DNA of 64,000 bases from a virus: the IMG/VR virus record IMGVR_UViG_3300032236_001065, positions 1-64,000 of that record. One strand, written 5' to 3'. Shown here piece after piece: positions 31,225 to 41,862 of the stretch (its first letter is position 1; every line of letters begins with the position of its first letter). A program made the translations under genes and the position numbers. The notes beneath the pieces are model-generated. The model was not told where the DNA came from, made no database searches, and saw only the letters and a program-made list of their open reading frames with translations.

Positions 31225-31754
31225 TGTCATATATGCTGAATGCTGGAATTGAAATATCAATAGATAACTCTACTTGGTATAAATTAACTGATGATAATCG
31301 TCAACCCATTAAAGTTGCATATGAAGTTATTGAAAAGACTAACCGCATGGCAGACGGAACACTCCGCCGATATGTTATTGCAAGAAAACATAAAATAACT
31401 GCATCTTGGCAAAATGTCTGGAGCAAAACATCTTTATCTACAGATAAAAATTATGCGGGAGCATGGATGAAATCATTCTATGAAGCCAATGTCTTTATCC
31501 CAATTTATGTAAGATTAACAATAGCTTCTGCAAATACTCAGAATATAAATACTACAAACGGATTTATTCCTACAGAAACAATTGCAACAGCAGATGTATA
31601 TACAAATGGAGATACATATGTGCCATCATATGTTGCAAATAGTTCTGGCAACATGACATACAACGTCTTTATAACATCATTTGATTATGAAGTTTTAAAG
31701 CGTAATAAAGATTTTGACTTGGTAAACATTAATATAGAGTTTACGGAGATCTAA
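31224..31754 (+). CDS. Distal tail (Dit-like) minor tail protein
   Basis: Follows TMP; RMADGTLRRY motif; ends F.E. Confidence 0.65.
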   Translation: MSYMLNAGIEISIDNSTWYKLTDDNRQPIKVAYEVIEKTNRMADGTLRRYVIARKHKITASWQNVWSKTSLSTDKNYAGAWMKSFYEANVFIPIYVRLTIASANTQNINTTNGFIPTETIATADVYTNGDTYVPSYVANSSGNMTYNVFITSFDYEVLKRNKDFDLVNINIEFTEI

Positions 31755-34700
31755 TGCTAGGTACATCAACAATTCAACAATACTTCGCATCTGGAGATTC
31801 ACATTATGTGCTCCCGCAAGTTTCACTTGAGTGGAACTATAATCTTTTCTATGCTCCATATGTCACAACAAACGGGGCGGGAACAACAATAGTTCCTACT
31901 GGAACATGGTCAAATGGACCATCAACATCTAATGCAGGTAGAATAACAACAGTATTTCAAGCAGATACATCACAGACTACCAGATCATGCTATCTGTTTA
32001 GTACAACATCAGGATCAAATTCATCTACACTAACTATATCTAATTTAACAAACACAACCAATACATACAAGATTACTTTCTATGCAAAGGTTGATAGAGA
32101 TGCAACTGTAAAGCTTTCAGCGTTAGCAATGATTGATTATCATAGAGCACACTCAGTATCACAAGATATTGATAGTGTTACATGGACTAAGTTTGAGGTT
32201 TACTTAAGTTCCCGCCCAACACAAACACCATATTCAAGCCCGACACTTTCTCTGCATCATTCAGCAACTGATGGTACATCTACTTATGGAATTTTGATTG
32301 ATCAACTTGAAATGCATCAAACAACAGACTTTGAATATCAGTATGGAAACCTATGGACTACATACTCTCCTTTTCATGCGTTTAGACCAGGAGAAAGCTT
32401 TGTTCCTTCGGGTAATGCTCTTGTTCAGCATCCATCAAACTTCAGACAAATAAAATATGATTTCCAGACCAGCTACTATGATTTTAATAATCAAACAATG
32501 CCAGTAAGTCCAGTTGTATATCACCCAACTCTGCTGGCAACAGATACTTCAAATCCAGTATATAAAAACGGTTTCTTATCAGAATGGTCTCAGTATAAAT
32601 ATTTTGTAGCAGATTCAACAACCCCATCTTTGACTGGAATATATGATAAAACTCTTAATACAAATAAAATTGTAATAAAGTTTAATCTTTCATATGCAAA
32701 CCCATCAAGCTTTACTGTAAATTTATCAAATAATACAAATTCAAGCGGAACATATACTAATAGCTATACAACAAGTGTTAACCTAACTAATGCAGATATT
32801 GATAGTTCAGGCACTTGCATTTTGTACCTTCAGGTTGACGGATCTTGGAAATCAGCCGCTGCTGGTGGATCATGGTCAGTTACACCACAGTTTGATTTTA
32901 ATGGTGTAGTTAGATTTGGTGGTAATAACGGAGCTTCAGCTGTAAAACAAATTAATCAAATTACAGTGACGCAAAATTCAGCAAACTTAAATGCATACTA
33001 TTCTTCAAAGTCGTCTTCAACAAACGCTACCATTATAACTAACAATCCAGATAAAACAACAACCACAAACCCTGGAACAACGTTTGATGAAACTGCTCAA
33101 ATGAAAAGAATGCAAGTCATTGAAGTATCTCCTAGACTAGAGATTGATGTTACATACTTCACCATGTCAGTTGATACGAATGCTCAGCTTGATAATAAAA
33201 TGAACCCACTTCCAATTTCCGCTATATCTTCAAATATGGCAACTATCACACTTTCAAATGTGCCTCTAACAGTAAGTAGCCAAGTTCTAACATTGTTTTC
33301 AAATAACTCATCAAGTTCAATATTGAAAGGCTTGTTTAGAAATTATGTTAAATGCTATGTGAACTATGTTATTAAGGATACAGTTGCAGGAGCAACATCT
33401 TCAGATAAATTTATACCAGGCGGAGTATTCTATGTTGATACCTGGGATGGTAAAGATATTGAAAAAACTGTAATAACTGCATATGACAGCACAAAGTATT
33501 TGCAGCTTGCACAGCCTACAGACTATGTTTCACAATCAGAAGATGCTTTTAGACTTATAAGTAACATACTAGATTTTGCAGGATTCACAGACTATAACTA
33601 TGACGAGCTTAGAAGAGTGTGTAGATCAACCGTAAAGCTATCAGATGGAACTATAAAAAATAGTACAGCACCATTAAAGATGAGATATTTTTATGTTGAT
33701 GGAACTCAGCAAAAGGTTTTTGATGTGCTTAGAGAAATTTTTGAAGTCTATCAAATAGCCGCATATATAGATTCATATGGTGTAATGAGATTTATTAACG
33801 TTGATGGAATTTTTGATCCATCAAATAAGATTAATATGCTTCTACATGATAATAAAACTTCACAATCAATCAGCACCGCAAATGGATATGCAAATAACCT
33901 TACTGTTGATAGCAATATTGTACAAGATACATATACTGAAACAGTTAAAACTAAAGTAGGAAAAGCAACACTTACCTATAAAACACCTCAAGTTGTTAAG
34001 ACTTTAAAAGCAGATCAGTCACTTCTCAATGATAATCTTTATGTAAATGTTCCACCAACATATCAGACTTCAGCAAATGTTATTTGGGATTCAACTATTG
34101 ATGAATCAACTACCTATAATCACCTAGCAGAGACAATGGATCTAACTGCTACTAAATTTAGAGTGCCAGATAATGAAGCAACGGCAGCAACAGGTGCAGT
34201 GAATTTTAATTCATATGGAATAGATCACGACGGATTTGGAATTATTGAAGGTGAGATTGTAAGCTTTAAATACAAAGAATTTTTGTTCTCTACACCAGCA
34301 GGAAATCAAATAAGATCAATTGCAAACTCTTCAGACTTTGCCGCCCAATTTGCAGAAGTAGTTGAGCAGACGGGAACTAATAGTGATATTACAGTTACAA
34401 GAACTGGGTACATCACAAACGTAGATAGAGGACTATTTAATACTCCCGTAAGAAATCACGTTAAGATGTCAACGCTAAACGATATACAGCAAAAATTTGA
34501 TACTTCTGCTGCAACAGCTATCTCTATTCGCAACGGAGATTTGATGCTGACATCAAACTCTGGAGAAATATCAAAGATAACATGCTTAGACCCATATTCA
34601 ACAAATGGATCACTTAATGATTATAAAACTTTTTCAACTAAAATTTTGATGGGTGCTAATGCAGGATCTTCTGGGGTATATCCGACGGGAACTAAGATGG

Positions 34701-35887
34701 GTCTTGTCATGCACAATACTTCCAACCAGCCTAGTATGTATGTATCAATAACACAGCAAAAAGATTCAAAAGGAAATGATCAATATTTACTTTCAGCAAC
34801 ATCTGATGGAACTACAAACTTACTTATTCCAACAATGCCACATGTAGATGTAACTAATATTATAAAAGCTCAAGGAACGCTTTATGATATCAATTCTCCA
34901 TTCTCAGAATATAGTAAGTATATTAATCTTAAAGTAGTTATAAAAGACCCTACACAATCTTCATCAAATCCTAATGCACTTTCACCAAATGCTTTTGAAA
35001 TATTTATTAATAGATCAAGAGTGCCAATTCATACATCTATAACTACTCCGCCAAACACCAGTGGAAAATTTGGTGTATTTGTATCTGGAACTTCTGCAGC
35101 AGTAAAATTTGCTGAGGTTTATGCAACCCAAAGTTGCATAGATGATCAAAATATATTTTATCATTATCAATTGCCTTGGTTTGCTGAAAAGATTGCAAGT
35201 AATAAAAAGATTCTTGAAATTAGTTACATAGTACAGCCAAGCCCAGTAATTATTGGAATAAACTACTATGACATTAAAGATGCCCAAGCACCTTCCCTAG
35301 ATGCATTCCCATTAAAACTTATGTACGATTGGTACTATATTGTTGATCCATCAGCTCCGCTTGTTGTAAATACAAATACAACAACACCTAATCTTCCTTC
35401 AATACAGGTTGATGAATATGCACTTAATTATTCACCAGTCTACCATTCTGGGTTCAGAAGTAGATTTGCAATTGTTAACTGCTCCCCGTCCCAAGTCTGG
35501 ATTAAAAAAGCAGCAGATACAATTAATAAAATCAATGTTGATTTTAGCTTAGTTACCGATACTCTCATCACCTTGGGCCCAGATGTCACTATTGAAAAAG
35601 TTTTTGATGAGGCAAATATAAATGAAGTGGTTGATATAACCTCAAGCTGGGTACAAGATAAAAATACTGCAACTTCAATTTTAAGAACTATATACCGTGC
35701 TTTGGACGGGTTTTCAAGAGACACTACAATATCAATCTATGGAAACCCATTATTTGAAATTGGCGATATTGTAACCATTAATTATGGCCTAAAGAACATA
35801 ACTGGGCAAAAATATTTTGTACAAGGCGTAGAGCAAATTTTTGATACAGGCTTAACAACATTGCTTACTTTAAATCAGATTGGCTGA
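31754..35887 (+). CDS. Large tail tip/hub protein
   Basis: 1377 aa; D.YG..RF, C-terminal GNP..E.GDIV.I hub signature; carbohydrate-binding-like insert. Confidence 0.7.
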   Translation: MLGTSTIQQYFASGDSHYVLPQVSLEWNYNLFYAPYVTTNGAGTTIVPTGTWSNGPSTSNAGRITTVFQADTSQTTRSCYLFSTTSGSNSSTLTISNLTNTTNTYKITFYAKVDRDATVKLSALAMIDYHRAHSVSQDIDSVTWTKFEVYLSSRPTQTPYSSPTLSLHHSATDGTSTYGILIDQLEMHQTTDFEYQYGNLWTTYSPFHAFRPGESFVPSGNALVQHPSNFRQIKYDFQTSYYDFNNQTMPVSPVVYHPTLLATDTSNPVYKNGFLSEWSQYKYFVADSTTPSLTGIYDKTLNTNKIVIKFNLSYANPSSFTVNLSNNTNSSGTYTNSYTTSVNLTNADIDSSGTCILYLQVDGSWKSAAAGGSWSVTPQFDFNGVVRFGGNNGASAVKQINQITVTQNSANLNAYYSSKSSSTNATIITNNPDKTTTTNPGTTFDETAQMKRMQVIEVSPRLEIDVTYFTMSVDTNAQLDNKMNPLPISAISSNMATITLSNVPLTVSSQVLTLFSNNSSSSILKGLFRNYVKCYVNYVIKDTVAGATSSDKFIPGGVFYVDTWDGKDIEKTVITAYDSTKYLQLAQPTDYVSQSEDAFRLISNILDFAGFTDYNYDELRRVCRSTVKLSDGTIKNSTAPLKMRYFYVDGTQQKVFDVLREIFEVYQIAAYIDSYGVMRFINVDGIFDPSNKINMLLHDNKTSQSISTANGYANNLTVDSNIVQDTYTETVKTKVGKATLTYKTPQVVKTLKADQSLLNDNLYVNVPPTYQTSANVIWDSTIDESTTYNHLAETMDLTATKFRVPDNEATAATGAVNFNSYGIDHDGFGIIEGEIVSFKYKEFLFSTPAGNQIRSIANSSDFAAQFAEVVEQTGTNSDITVTRTGYITNVDRGLFNTPVRNHVKMSTLNDIQQKFDTSAATAISIRNGDLMLTSNSGEISKITCLDPYSTNGSLNDYKTFSTKILMGANAGSSGVYPTGTKMGLVMHNTSNQPSMYVSITQQKDSKGNDQYLLSATSDGTTNLLIPTMPHVDVTNIIKAQGTLYDINSPFSEYSKYINLKVVIKDPTQSSSNPNALSPNAFEIFINRSRVPIHTSITTPPNTSGKFGVFVSGTSAAVKFAEVYATQSCIDDQNIFYHYQLPWFAEKIASNKKILEISYIVQPSPVIIGINYYDIKDAQAPSLDAFPLKLMYDWYYIVDPSAPLVVNTNTTTPNLPSIQVDEYALNYSPVYHSGFRSRFAIVNCSPSQVWIKKAADTINKINVDFSLVTDTLITLGPDVTIEKVFDEANINEVVDITSSWVQDKNTATSILRTIYRALDGFSRDTTISIYGNPLFEIGDIVTINYGLKNITGQKYFVQGVEQIFDTGLTTLLTLNQIG

Positions 35888-35925
35888 TTTATAGCTAAAA
35901 TGCTATAATTTAAGTTAGGAGAAAT

Positions 35926-37053
35926 ATGGCGGGTTCAGTACAGAAAAGAACTACAGGTAAACCAGTCACTGGTACAGTTGCCGCTGCCATAAAGAAAAAG
36001 CCTGAAATTTGGATTGGTCCTAATGACCCAAGAAATGATCCAGACTATATAAGAAACTATCCTGGGACTATTCATCAGCTTACAGCAGCTCAGTTCGCCG
36101 TATGGCTCAAAACACAATATTCTGAGGCGGGAGTGGCAGGAGTTGTTTCTTCAGCAGACCTATATGCAGGAGATATACCAGACTCCAGTCAAGTTAATGG
36201 ACAACTTGACAACACCCTTTTACCTCCATCAAATATAAAGTGGGATGGAACTTTTACAACAGTAAATACAGATATTGGAATTTTGCAGGATATAGAGATT
36301 ACATTTGATCCAGCTCCAGAAGATCCATTTGATGGAAGTTTTGTATATCATGTTTATTATGAAGCAGAGGGTTCTGTTGCAACACCTCCAACAGCTGCCA
36401 CAGCTCCAGCCGCAAGTGCATCGGTAATTCAAACAGTTGCCAATAAAGCTATTGTTACGTCAACAACAACTCCTGTAAACGGAGTAGTTACCGCTGCTAC
36501 TGGAAATGGAACTACAATTACTTATACATGTGCAAATAATTTCTCAGCTGGTCAATCAGTAACAGTCACAGGCCTTGGAGTAAAATCTGGAGTATCATTA
36601 AATATTTCAGGATTAACTATTTTGACTGCAACAAGTACATATTTTACAGTAAGCAGCAACAAGGTCGGTGTGTCTTCAGGAAAGGGGTCTGCAACATCTA
36701 CAGTAAAGAAGATTACAACTCCAGTTAAAACATCCAGCACACTTCAATTTAAATTTCCTGCAAAGACAAACGCATCTTCATATACCATTACAGTTACTGG
36801 ATCAAATTTGCCAAACAGCTCTGGACAAACACAGATGACATATACAGGCATACCAGCTACAGGTGGATCAAAGGCTTACACATCTGGAACAGTACATGGT
36901 AGCTACGCTTTGGTAAAATCAGGCAGCAATATAACATTTACATTAACTCAAACAAACGGCAGATCGTACAGTGGTTCATATTCTGCTAAAATACAAGTAC
37001 ACTATGCAAAATCATCTTCCGTGGAGGTAATCAGTGAATCAGTCACAATTTAA
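35926..37053 (+). CDS. Minor tail protein
   Basis: TGCTATAAT 35901-35909 + AGGAG; Thr/Ser-rich beta domains. Confidence 0.55.
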   Translation: MAGSVQKRTTGKPVTGTVAAAIKKKPEIWIGPNDPRNDPDYIRNYPGTIHQLTAAQFAVWLKTQYSEAGVAGVVSSADLYAGDIPDSSQVNGQLDNTLLPPSNIKWDGTFTTVNTDIGILQDIEITFDPAPEDPFDGSFVYHVYYEAEGSVATPPTAATAPAASASVIQTVANKAIVTSTTTPVNGVVTAATGNGTTITYTCANNFSAGQSVTVTGLGVKSGVSLNISGLTILTATSTYFTVSSNKVGVSSGKGSATSTVKKITTPVKTSSTLQFKFPAKTNASSYTITVTGSNLPNSSGQTQMTYTGIPATGGSKAYTSGTVHGSYALVKSGSNITFTLTQTNGRSYSGSYSAKIQVHYAKSSSVEVISESVTI

Positions 37054-37969
37054 AGGTACATATGTTTTTAAGCAAAACGGTATTGAGATTGGAAGATCTT
37101 CAAATCTTATAACCAACAATGGAAGAAAGATGCTGATGCAATATTTGGCGGCTTCAAGAGTGGACTGGTCTGCAGATATAGCCATAGGTGCATTACCAAC
37201 AACTCCTACAGCTACAGATACACAACTTAACTTTGAAACAGGTAGATATCCAGTTATTTTAAAAAGCTATATAGCAGCTAATGCAACCACTGGAGATCCT
37301 GATCTTATTGTGATTAGAGGAACAATTCCAGAAAATACATATGCCAACATATATGAAATTGGCACATATGCTACAACCAACAGAAATTCCCCGTCCTCAA
37401 ATAAAAATAACTTGATTCTTACTGATATGTCAGATGTAGCCAATTGGACAACACCAGCGGGATCTATATCTACAAATGTCTTTACACCACAAGGTGCTGC
37501 ATCTCCAAGAATTGGTCAATATTCAGTTACTATATCAAATAGCACTTTGTATCAGAATACAGGACTTGCTATACCATTCAGTAACTATAGCTCTATAGAC
37601 TCTTTGCAGATACTTGTATACAACACAGTAGCGGGTAATGTTTCAGTTACATTAACCGACGTAGCTGGATATACACAAACAATTAACTTTACACTAACCA
37701 ATAACACAGGATATTCTGTTTTATCAACTAATTTTGATACAAGTGTAGGCACGGGAACAGATAAAACAATATCTAACTTTAATTACATTTCATCAATAGC
37801 AATAAGAACTGATTCAACTGCAGCACTTACACTTGATGCAATTAAAACTTCAAGTGCAGCAGAAATATCTATGGAAGAATCAATAGTTAGTAAATCAGTG
37901 TTAACTACACCAATAGCAAAGCTTTATAACGTACCATTGGATATAGAATATTACGTTGAACTACTATAA
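37034..37969 (+). CDS. Minor tail/baseplate protein
   Basis: N.IT..G, IAIG......TD..L..E..R, EIG motifs typical of tail-fibre attachment proteins; GGAGG SD. Confidence 0.6.
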   Translation: MNQSQFKGTYVFKQNGIEIGRSSNLITNNGRKMLMQYLAASRVDWSADIAIGALPTTPTATDTQLNFETGRYPVILKSYIAANATTGDPDLIVIRGTIPENTYANIYEIGTYATTNRNSPSSNKNNLILTDMSDVANWTTPAGSISTNVFTPQGAASPRIGQYSVTISNSTLYQNTGLAIPFSNYSSIDSLQILVYNTVAGNVSVTLTDVAGYTQTINFTLTNNTGYSVLSTNFDTSVGTGTDKTISNFNYISSIAIRTDSTAALTLDAIKTSSAAEISMEESIVSKSVLTTPIAKLYNVPLDIEYYVELL

Positions 37970-37986
37970 GATAGGAGGTTGAATAA

Positions 37987-39159
37987 ATGGCGGGTTCTCA
38001 GTCATTAATAGTAAAAGGCTTACAGCCAAACACTATTTATAAATTACAAGTCTATGCAGTTAAAACTGTTAATGGAACTGTAACACATTCACCTTCTACT
38101 ACAACAACAATTACAACTGGTGCAAATAGCACAGGTGGAAATAATTTTAAAGTTACAAATGGTGGAACCGATATGCAGCTTGCAGGCGGAACCATCTACG
38201 CTGGAACTTTTGATGATGGCCTAGGACAGCTAGACCCGTTGACTGGATCTTCAGATGGAGTTACTCCATCCGCATTAACGGCATCAAACTATGGAGTAGC
38301 ATTAAATCAGTTTGGAATAATGGCTTATAATGGTGGAACTCCAGAGTTTTATATTGACTCAAGAACTGGCAATGCATTTTTTGCAGGCACACTTACAATT
38401 GGATCTATTACTGATGCAGGCGGGGCTACACAAAGCTCTGTAGATAGTTTAAGTGGCTCTATAAGCAGTATATCTAGTTCATTGTCAAACTATATATTAC
38501 AAAGTGGATATACTCCACAAACATTTACATCCATAGGTCATGGAACAGTAAATACTGGAACTTTATATTCAAATAACCTTACAGTTCCATTGACTGGAAC
38601 ATATGTATATTCCACAACTGGATCATATATTGATTTATCAACAGGTGCAATTATTACTCCAAGTCTTGCCATATGGCCACCCGCAGTAGATTCTACAACT
38701 CCGACTGGACCAAATCACGATACAAATAACTGGTCCGCATATTTTGCAGGAACACTGATGAACTCTTTAGATGGACAAAATGGAATTGTTATACAAAGCT
38801 ACACTAATCCTCCATCTAATATAAGTGGTGGAACACCTATCGGTGGTACGGATGCGGCATATTCTATTAACTTTAATAAAGCTGGAACAACATATGCAAG
38901 TATGGGTTTATTCGGAACTAATAATTTTTCAATTTCTTTGGCAAATTCCAGCGGAGCTGTTGCGGGTTATTTAGATCTTGGTGTTTACGCCACAGCAATT
39001 GGAGGATACAATAGTATTCAGCTAAACGGATCAGATAATAGAATATGGCTACAAAGTTCTACTCCATATAATCAAAGCGGCTTAAGAAATATAATTGCTG
39101 TATCATCAACAGCAAGTGCACCTTCAGGCAATAATGGTGATATTTATGTTACATACTAG
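37987..39159 (+). CDS. Tail fibre-like protein with N-terminal FN3 strand
   Basis: GLQPNTIY..QV.AV; F.ID..TGNA.F.G; ends G.NGDIY. Confidence 0.6.
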   Translation: MAGSQSLIVKGLQPNTIYKLQVYAVKTVNGTVTHSPSTTTTITTGANSTGGNNFKVTNGGTDMQLAGGTIYAGTFDDGLGQLDPLTGSSDGVTPSALTASNYGVALNQFGIMAYNGGTPEFYIDSRTGNAFFAGTLTIGSITDAGGATQSSVDSLSGSISSISSSLSNYILQSGYTPQTFTSIGHGTVNTGTLYSNNLTVPLTGTYVYSTTGSYIDLSTGAIITPSLAIWPPAVDSTTPTGPNHDTNNWSAYFAGTLMNSLDGQNGIVIQSYTNPPSNISGGTPIGGTDAAYSINFNKAGTTYASMGLFGTNNFSISLANSSGAVAGYLDLGVYATAIGGYNSIQLNGSDNRIWLQSSTPYNQSGLRNIIAVSSTASAPSGNNGDIYVTY

Positions 39160-39167
39160 GAAATAAA

Positions 39168-40871
39168 ATGGCAATAAAAATAAAAGTTGGAAGTACATGG
39201 ACTTCATTAAAAGGCATGTTTATAAAAAAATCAGATAATTTGTGGTATCCAATAAAAAAGGGCTATATATACTTTAATAGTGGATGGAATTTGTTTTTTT
39301 CTTCATATAGTGGACCAACTCAGCTCACCTCTCCAACCTTGTCTGGAACAGGTGCTGCTTTGACAAATTTAACTGGCACTTCAGGAACCTATCAATCTGG
39401 CACTTATATTTCAAAGATATCTTATGTTGGAGCAATACTACAACAGTATATACCATCTGGCGGAGTTGTTAACGGATTAACAACTTCAAGCCTTGGAGAT
39501 GCTGGTAATTCTCCATATACAATTACACAGTCTGATGCCACAAATCCATCATATTATTTTTATTATGTTGATGCCGTAACTGGAAATGATTCTCAAGTTT
39601 ATTATTATTATAGTGCTTCTATAAAAGCATATATACCTACTGTAACTGACAATTTTAATAGATCCGTATCAAGCGGCCTAGGAACAATGTCAAGTGGATT
39701 CACATATGGATTAAACAACCTAGACTCACACTGGAAGACACAACAAATAAGTGGTAGTAATTATGGAGCAATTGTTTCAGCATTGCCAGCATCTAATGCT
39801 ACTCCTTCAAATTATCCGCTTGAAGCAATTGAACTTACAGGTAAAACTGATATTACGGCACAAATTGATATACCGTATCAAGGAACAGGTCCAGGTATTG
39901 CTTTTTGGGCCGCAAGCGGTTCACAATGGTGGGCAGCATCAACAAGTCAAAGTTCGTCCAGTGGTACGGCTTATACGTGTAGTCCAGGGACATATACATA
40001 TTATAATTGTGGAACTTCAGGCACAACTACAGTAACAGATTGTTTTGGAACAACTTTGCTTTGGAATGGAACTACTCAAACTCAAGCACACAATATTGCA
40101 TATTCAAATTGTGGAAGCGGGTCATGTACCATTACAGATTTAGGTTGTTCACCTGTCACAAACTATGTATGTGATATTTCTAACTCGTATGGATATACGG
40201 GATCACAAACTACATATTCTGCAACTGCAGCAAACGTAGGCAAGCCATGTGCACTAGATTATTCAGCATATCCAACATTTTATTATTATCGTGTAGCTGC
40301 TCAAACAACTACAAATTGTCAATCATCTTGTACATATGAAACTTATTCTGCATCAACTTGTAGTGGTAGTGCAAGTTATTCTAATAACACAACTACAGGA
40401 ACATGTGGATGTAGTTCTGCACAAACTGGTTCAAATTGTAGTGGATCAACAATAAATACAGATTCTGGCGGGACAGGTTGTGGTTCTTGTGCGGTTGCCA
40501 CTGGAACGGTAACTACATACTATACTGATATAGTTATATATTCTGCAAGCGGATCTGCAGTCACATTAATGTGTAGTTCACCTTCAGCAAATGGTACTAG
40601 CTGCATCTCATCTTCAGGTTCAACACACATGTCTTCAAGTAATAATTCATATGCCACAATTGCTCCAGGCAGGATTAAGGTTGTAACATCGGGGAATAGT
40701 GTTGTAGTATCTGCATATGATAGTACTTTGACTAATTCACTAGGCACATTAACATACAATGCAACGTCTCCAACAAAAGCAGATGCTAATGGTTCAAGCT
40801 ATGCGGGAATCATAATGACACCGAGTACGACAAACTATGACCTTTGGGCAGATAATCTTTCTATACAGTAG
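39168..40871 (+). CDS. Cysteine-rich putative receptor-binding protein
   Basis: N-terminal K....W....K....W...K.Y....GW motif typical of fibre-tip adhesins; DNFNR domain; 18 Cys in central insert. Confidence 0.6.
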   Translation: MAIKIKVGSTWTSLKGMFIKKSDNLWYPIKKGYIYFNSGWNLFFSSYSGPTQLTSPTLSGTGAALTNLTGTSGTYQSGTYISKISYVGAILQQYIPSGGVVNGLTTSSLGDAGNSPYTITQSDATNPSYYFYYVDAVTGNDSQVYYYYSASIKAYIPTVTDNFNRSVSSGLGTMSSGFTYGLNNLDSHWKTQQISGSNYGAIVSALPASNATPSNYPLEAIELTGKTDITAQIDIPYQGTGPGIAFWAASGSQWWAASTSQSSSSGTAYTCSPGTYTYYNCGTSGTTTVTDCFGTTLLWNGTTQTQAHNIAYSNCGSGSCTITDLGCSPVTNYVCDISNSYGYTGSQTTYSATAANVGKPCALDYSAYPTFYYYRVAAQTTTNCQSSCTYETYSASTCSGSASYSNNTTTGTCGCSSAQTGSNCSGSTINTDSGGTGCGSCAVATGTVTTYYTDIVIYSASGSAVTLMCSSPSANGTSCISSSGSTHMSSSNNSYATIAPGRIKVVTSGNSVVVSAYDSTLTNSLGTLTYNATSPTKADANGSSYAGIIMTPSTTNYDLWADNLSIQ

Positions 40872-40897
40872 ACAGAAAAAGCCATATGGTGTATAAT
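40869..40897 (+). promoter_or_regulatory. Sigma70/SigA-type promoter
   Basis: TAGACA-N17-TATAAT, then AAGGAG SD of 40916. Confidence 0.65.
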
Positions 40898-40915
40898 AAA
40901 TAAAAAGGAGAATAA

Positions 40916-41155
40916 ATGACCGATAATGCTTCACAAAATAATTTAACACCTATCAAGGTTGCTTATATTCTTGATGGAGAAGTTGTTGAACTTTTACATA
41001 CAGATGAAAGACTTTCTGCAATTTTTTTAAGTAATCCAATTGTTCTTGATGTTACTAAGCAGTTTAATGACGATCCTTCATCAGTAAGAATTGGCATGTC
41101 TTATGACGCAGCCACTGGCACTTTTTCAGAGCCAGCAACAATTGTGGGAGCTTAA
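40916..41155 (+). CDS. Small IGMSYD-motif protein
   Basis: Shares IGMSYD....F with 12007 protein. Confidence 0.65.
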   Translation: MTDNASQNNLTPIKVAYILDGEVVELLHTDERLSAIFLSNPIVLDVTKQFNDDPSSVRIGMSYDAATGTFSEPATIVGA

Positions 41156-41158
41156 TAA

Positions 41159-41446
41159 ATGTCAGAAAAATCACCGTGGCAAATATGGAAAGAAAAAAAT
41201 GAAGGTGATTCTGTAAGACCTTGGGATTTAATTAATCCAAATATTAATAATGTTCCAGAAGACACATTTAATCATAGATTTGAAATATGCAAAAATTGTC
41301 CATCTTTAATTAAACTAACAAATCAGTGTAAAAAGTGTGGTTGTTTTATGAATGCAAAAGCTAAGCTTCCACATGCTACATGCCCAATTGGAAAGTGGGG
41401 AGCTTACCATGAAGTTCCAGATCTCGTGGAAGAACAGGGGGAATAA
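41159..41446 (+). CDS. Six-cysteine protein (DUF6171-like)
   Basis: R..IC..C........QC..CGCFM..K......CP..KW. Confidence 0.75.
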   Translation: MSEKSPWQIWKEKNEGDSVRPWDLINPNINNVPEDTFNHRFEICKNCPSLIKLTNQCKKCGCFMNAKAKLPHATCPIGKWGAYHEVPDLVEEQGE

Positions 41447-41659
41447 ATGGAATTGACTAAAGAGGAAAAGATAGATATAATTAATCAACATTATAAGGCT
41501 TCTGTTGAAAATGCTTTTGATATTCAATTAAATTTGATTCAGGAAAAAGCTATAGCAAATCCAAATCAAGATGTAATAGATGCTTTAAATAACAATCTTG
41601 AAATAGAAAAAGCTAAACAACAAGCATTAAATGCACAAATAGATTTGCTTAATCAATAA
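41447..41659 (+). CDS. Small coiled-coil protein
   Basis: ORF in operon; heptad pattern. Confidence 0.6.
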   Translation: MELTKEEKIDIINQHYKASVENAFDIQLNLIQEKAIANPNQDVIDALNNNLEIEKAKQQALNAQIDLLNQ

Positions 41660-41673
41660 AAAAGGATGTAAAA

Positions 41674-41862
41674 ATGGATAAGGCAGAATTAATCATTACT
41701 GCTCTAAAACAACGTATTGGTCAAATGGCAGCAGATCATGCTATTGAGGTTGCACTTTTGAGATCAGAATTGACGGAGCTAACAGATGCTATTACTGAAT
41801 ATAAGGAAAAAGAAAAGGCTCGTGATGAATATTCTAAAGGTATTTCAGAAATCGCCAAGTAA
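41674..41862 (+). CDS. Small coiled-coil protein
   Basis: AAGGA SD; heptad pattern. Confidence 0.6.
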   Translation: MDKAELIITALKQRIGQMAADHAIEVALLRSELTELTDAITEYKEKEKARDEYSKGISEIAK

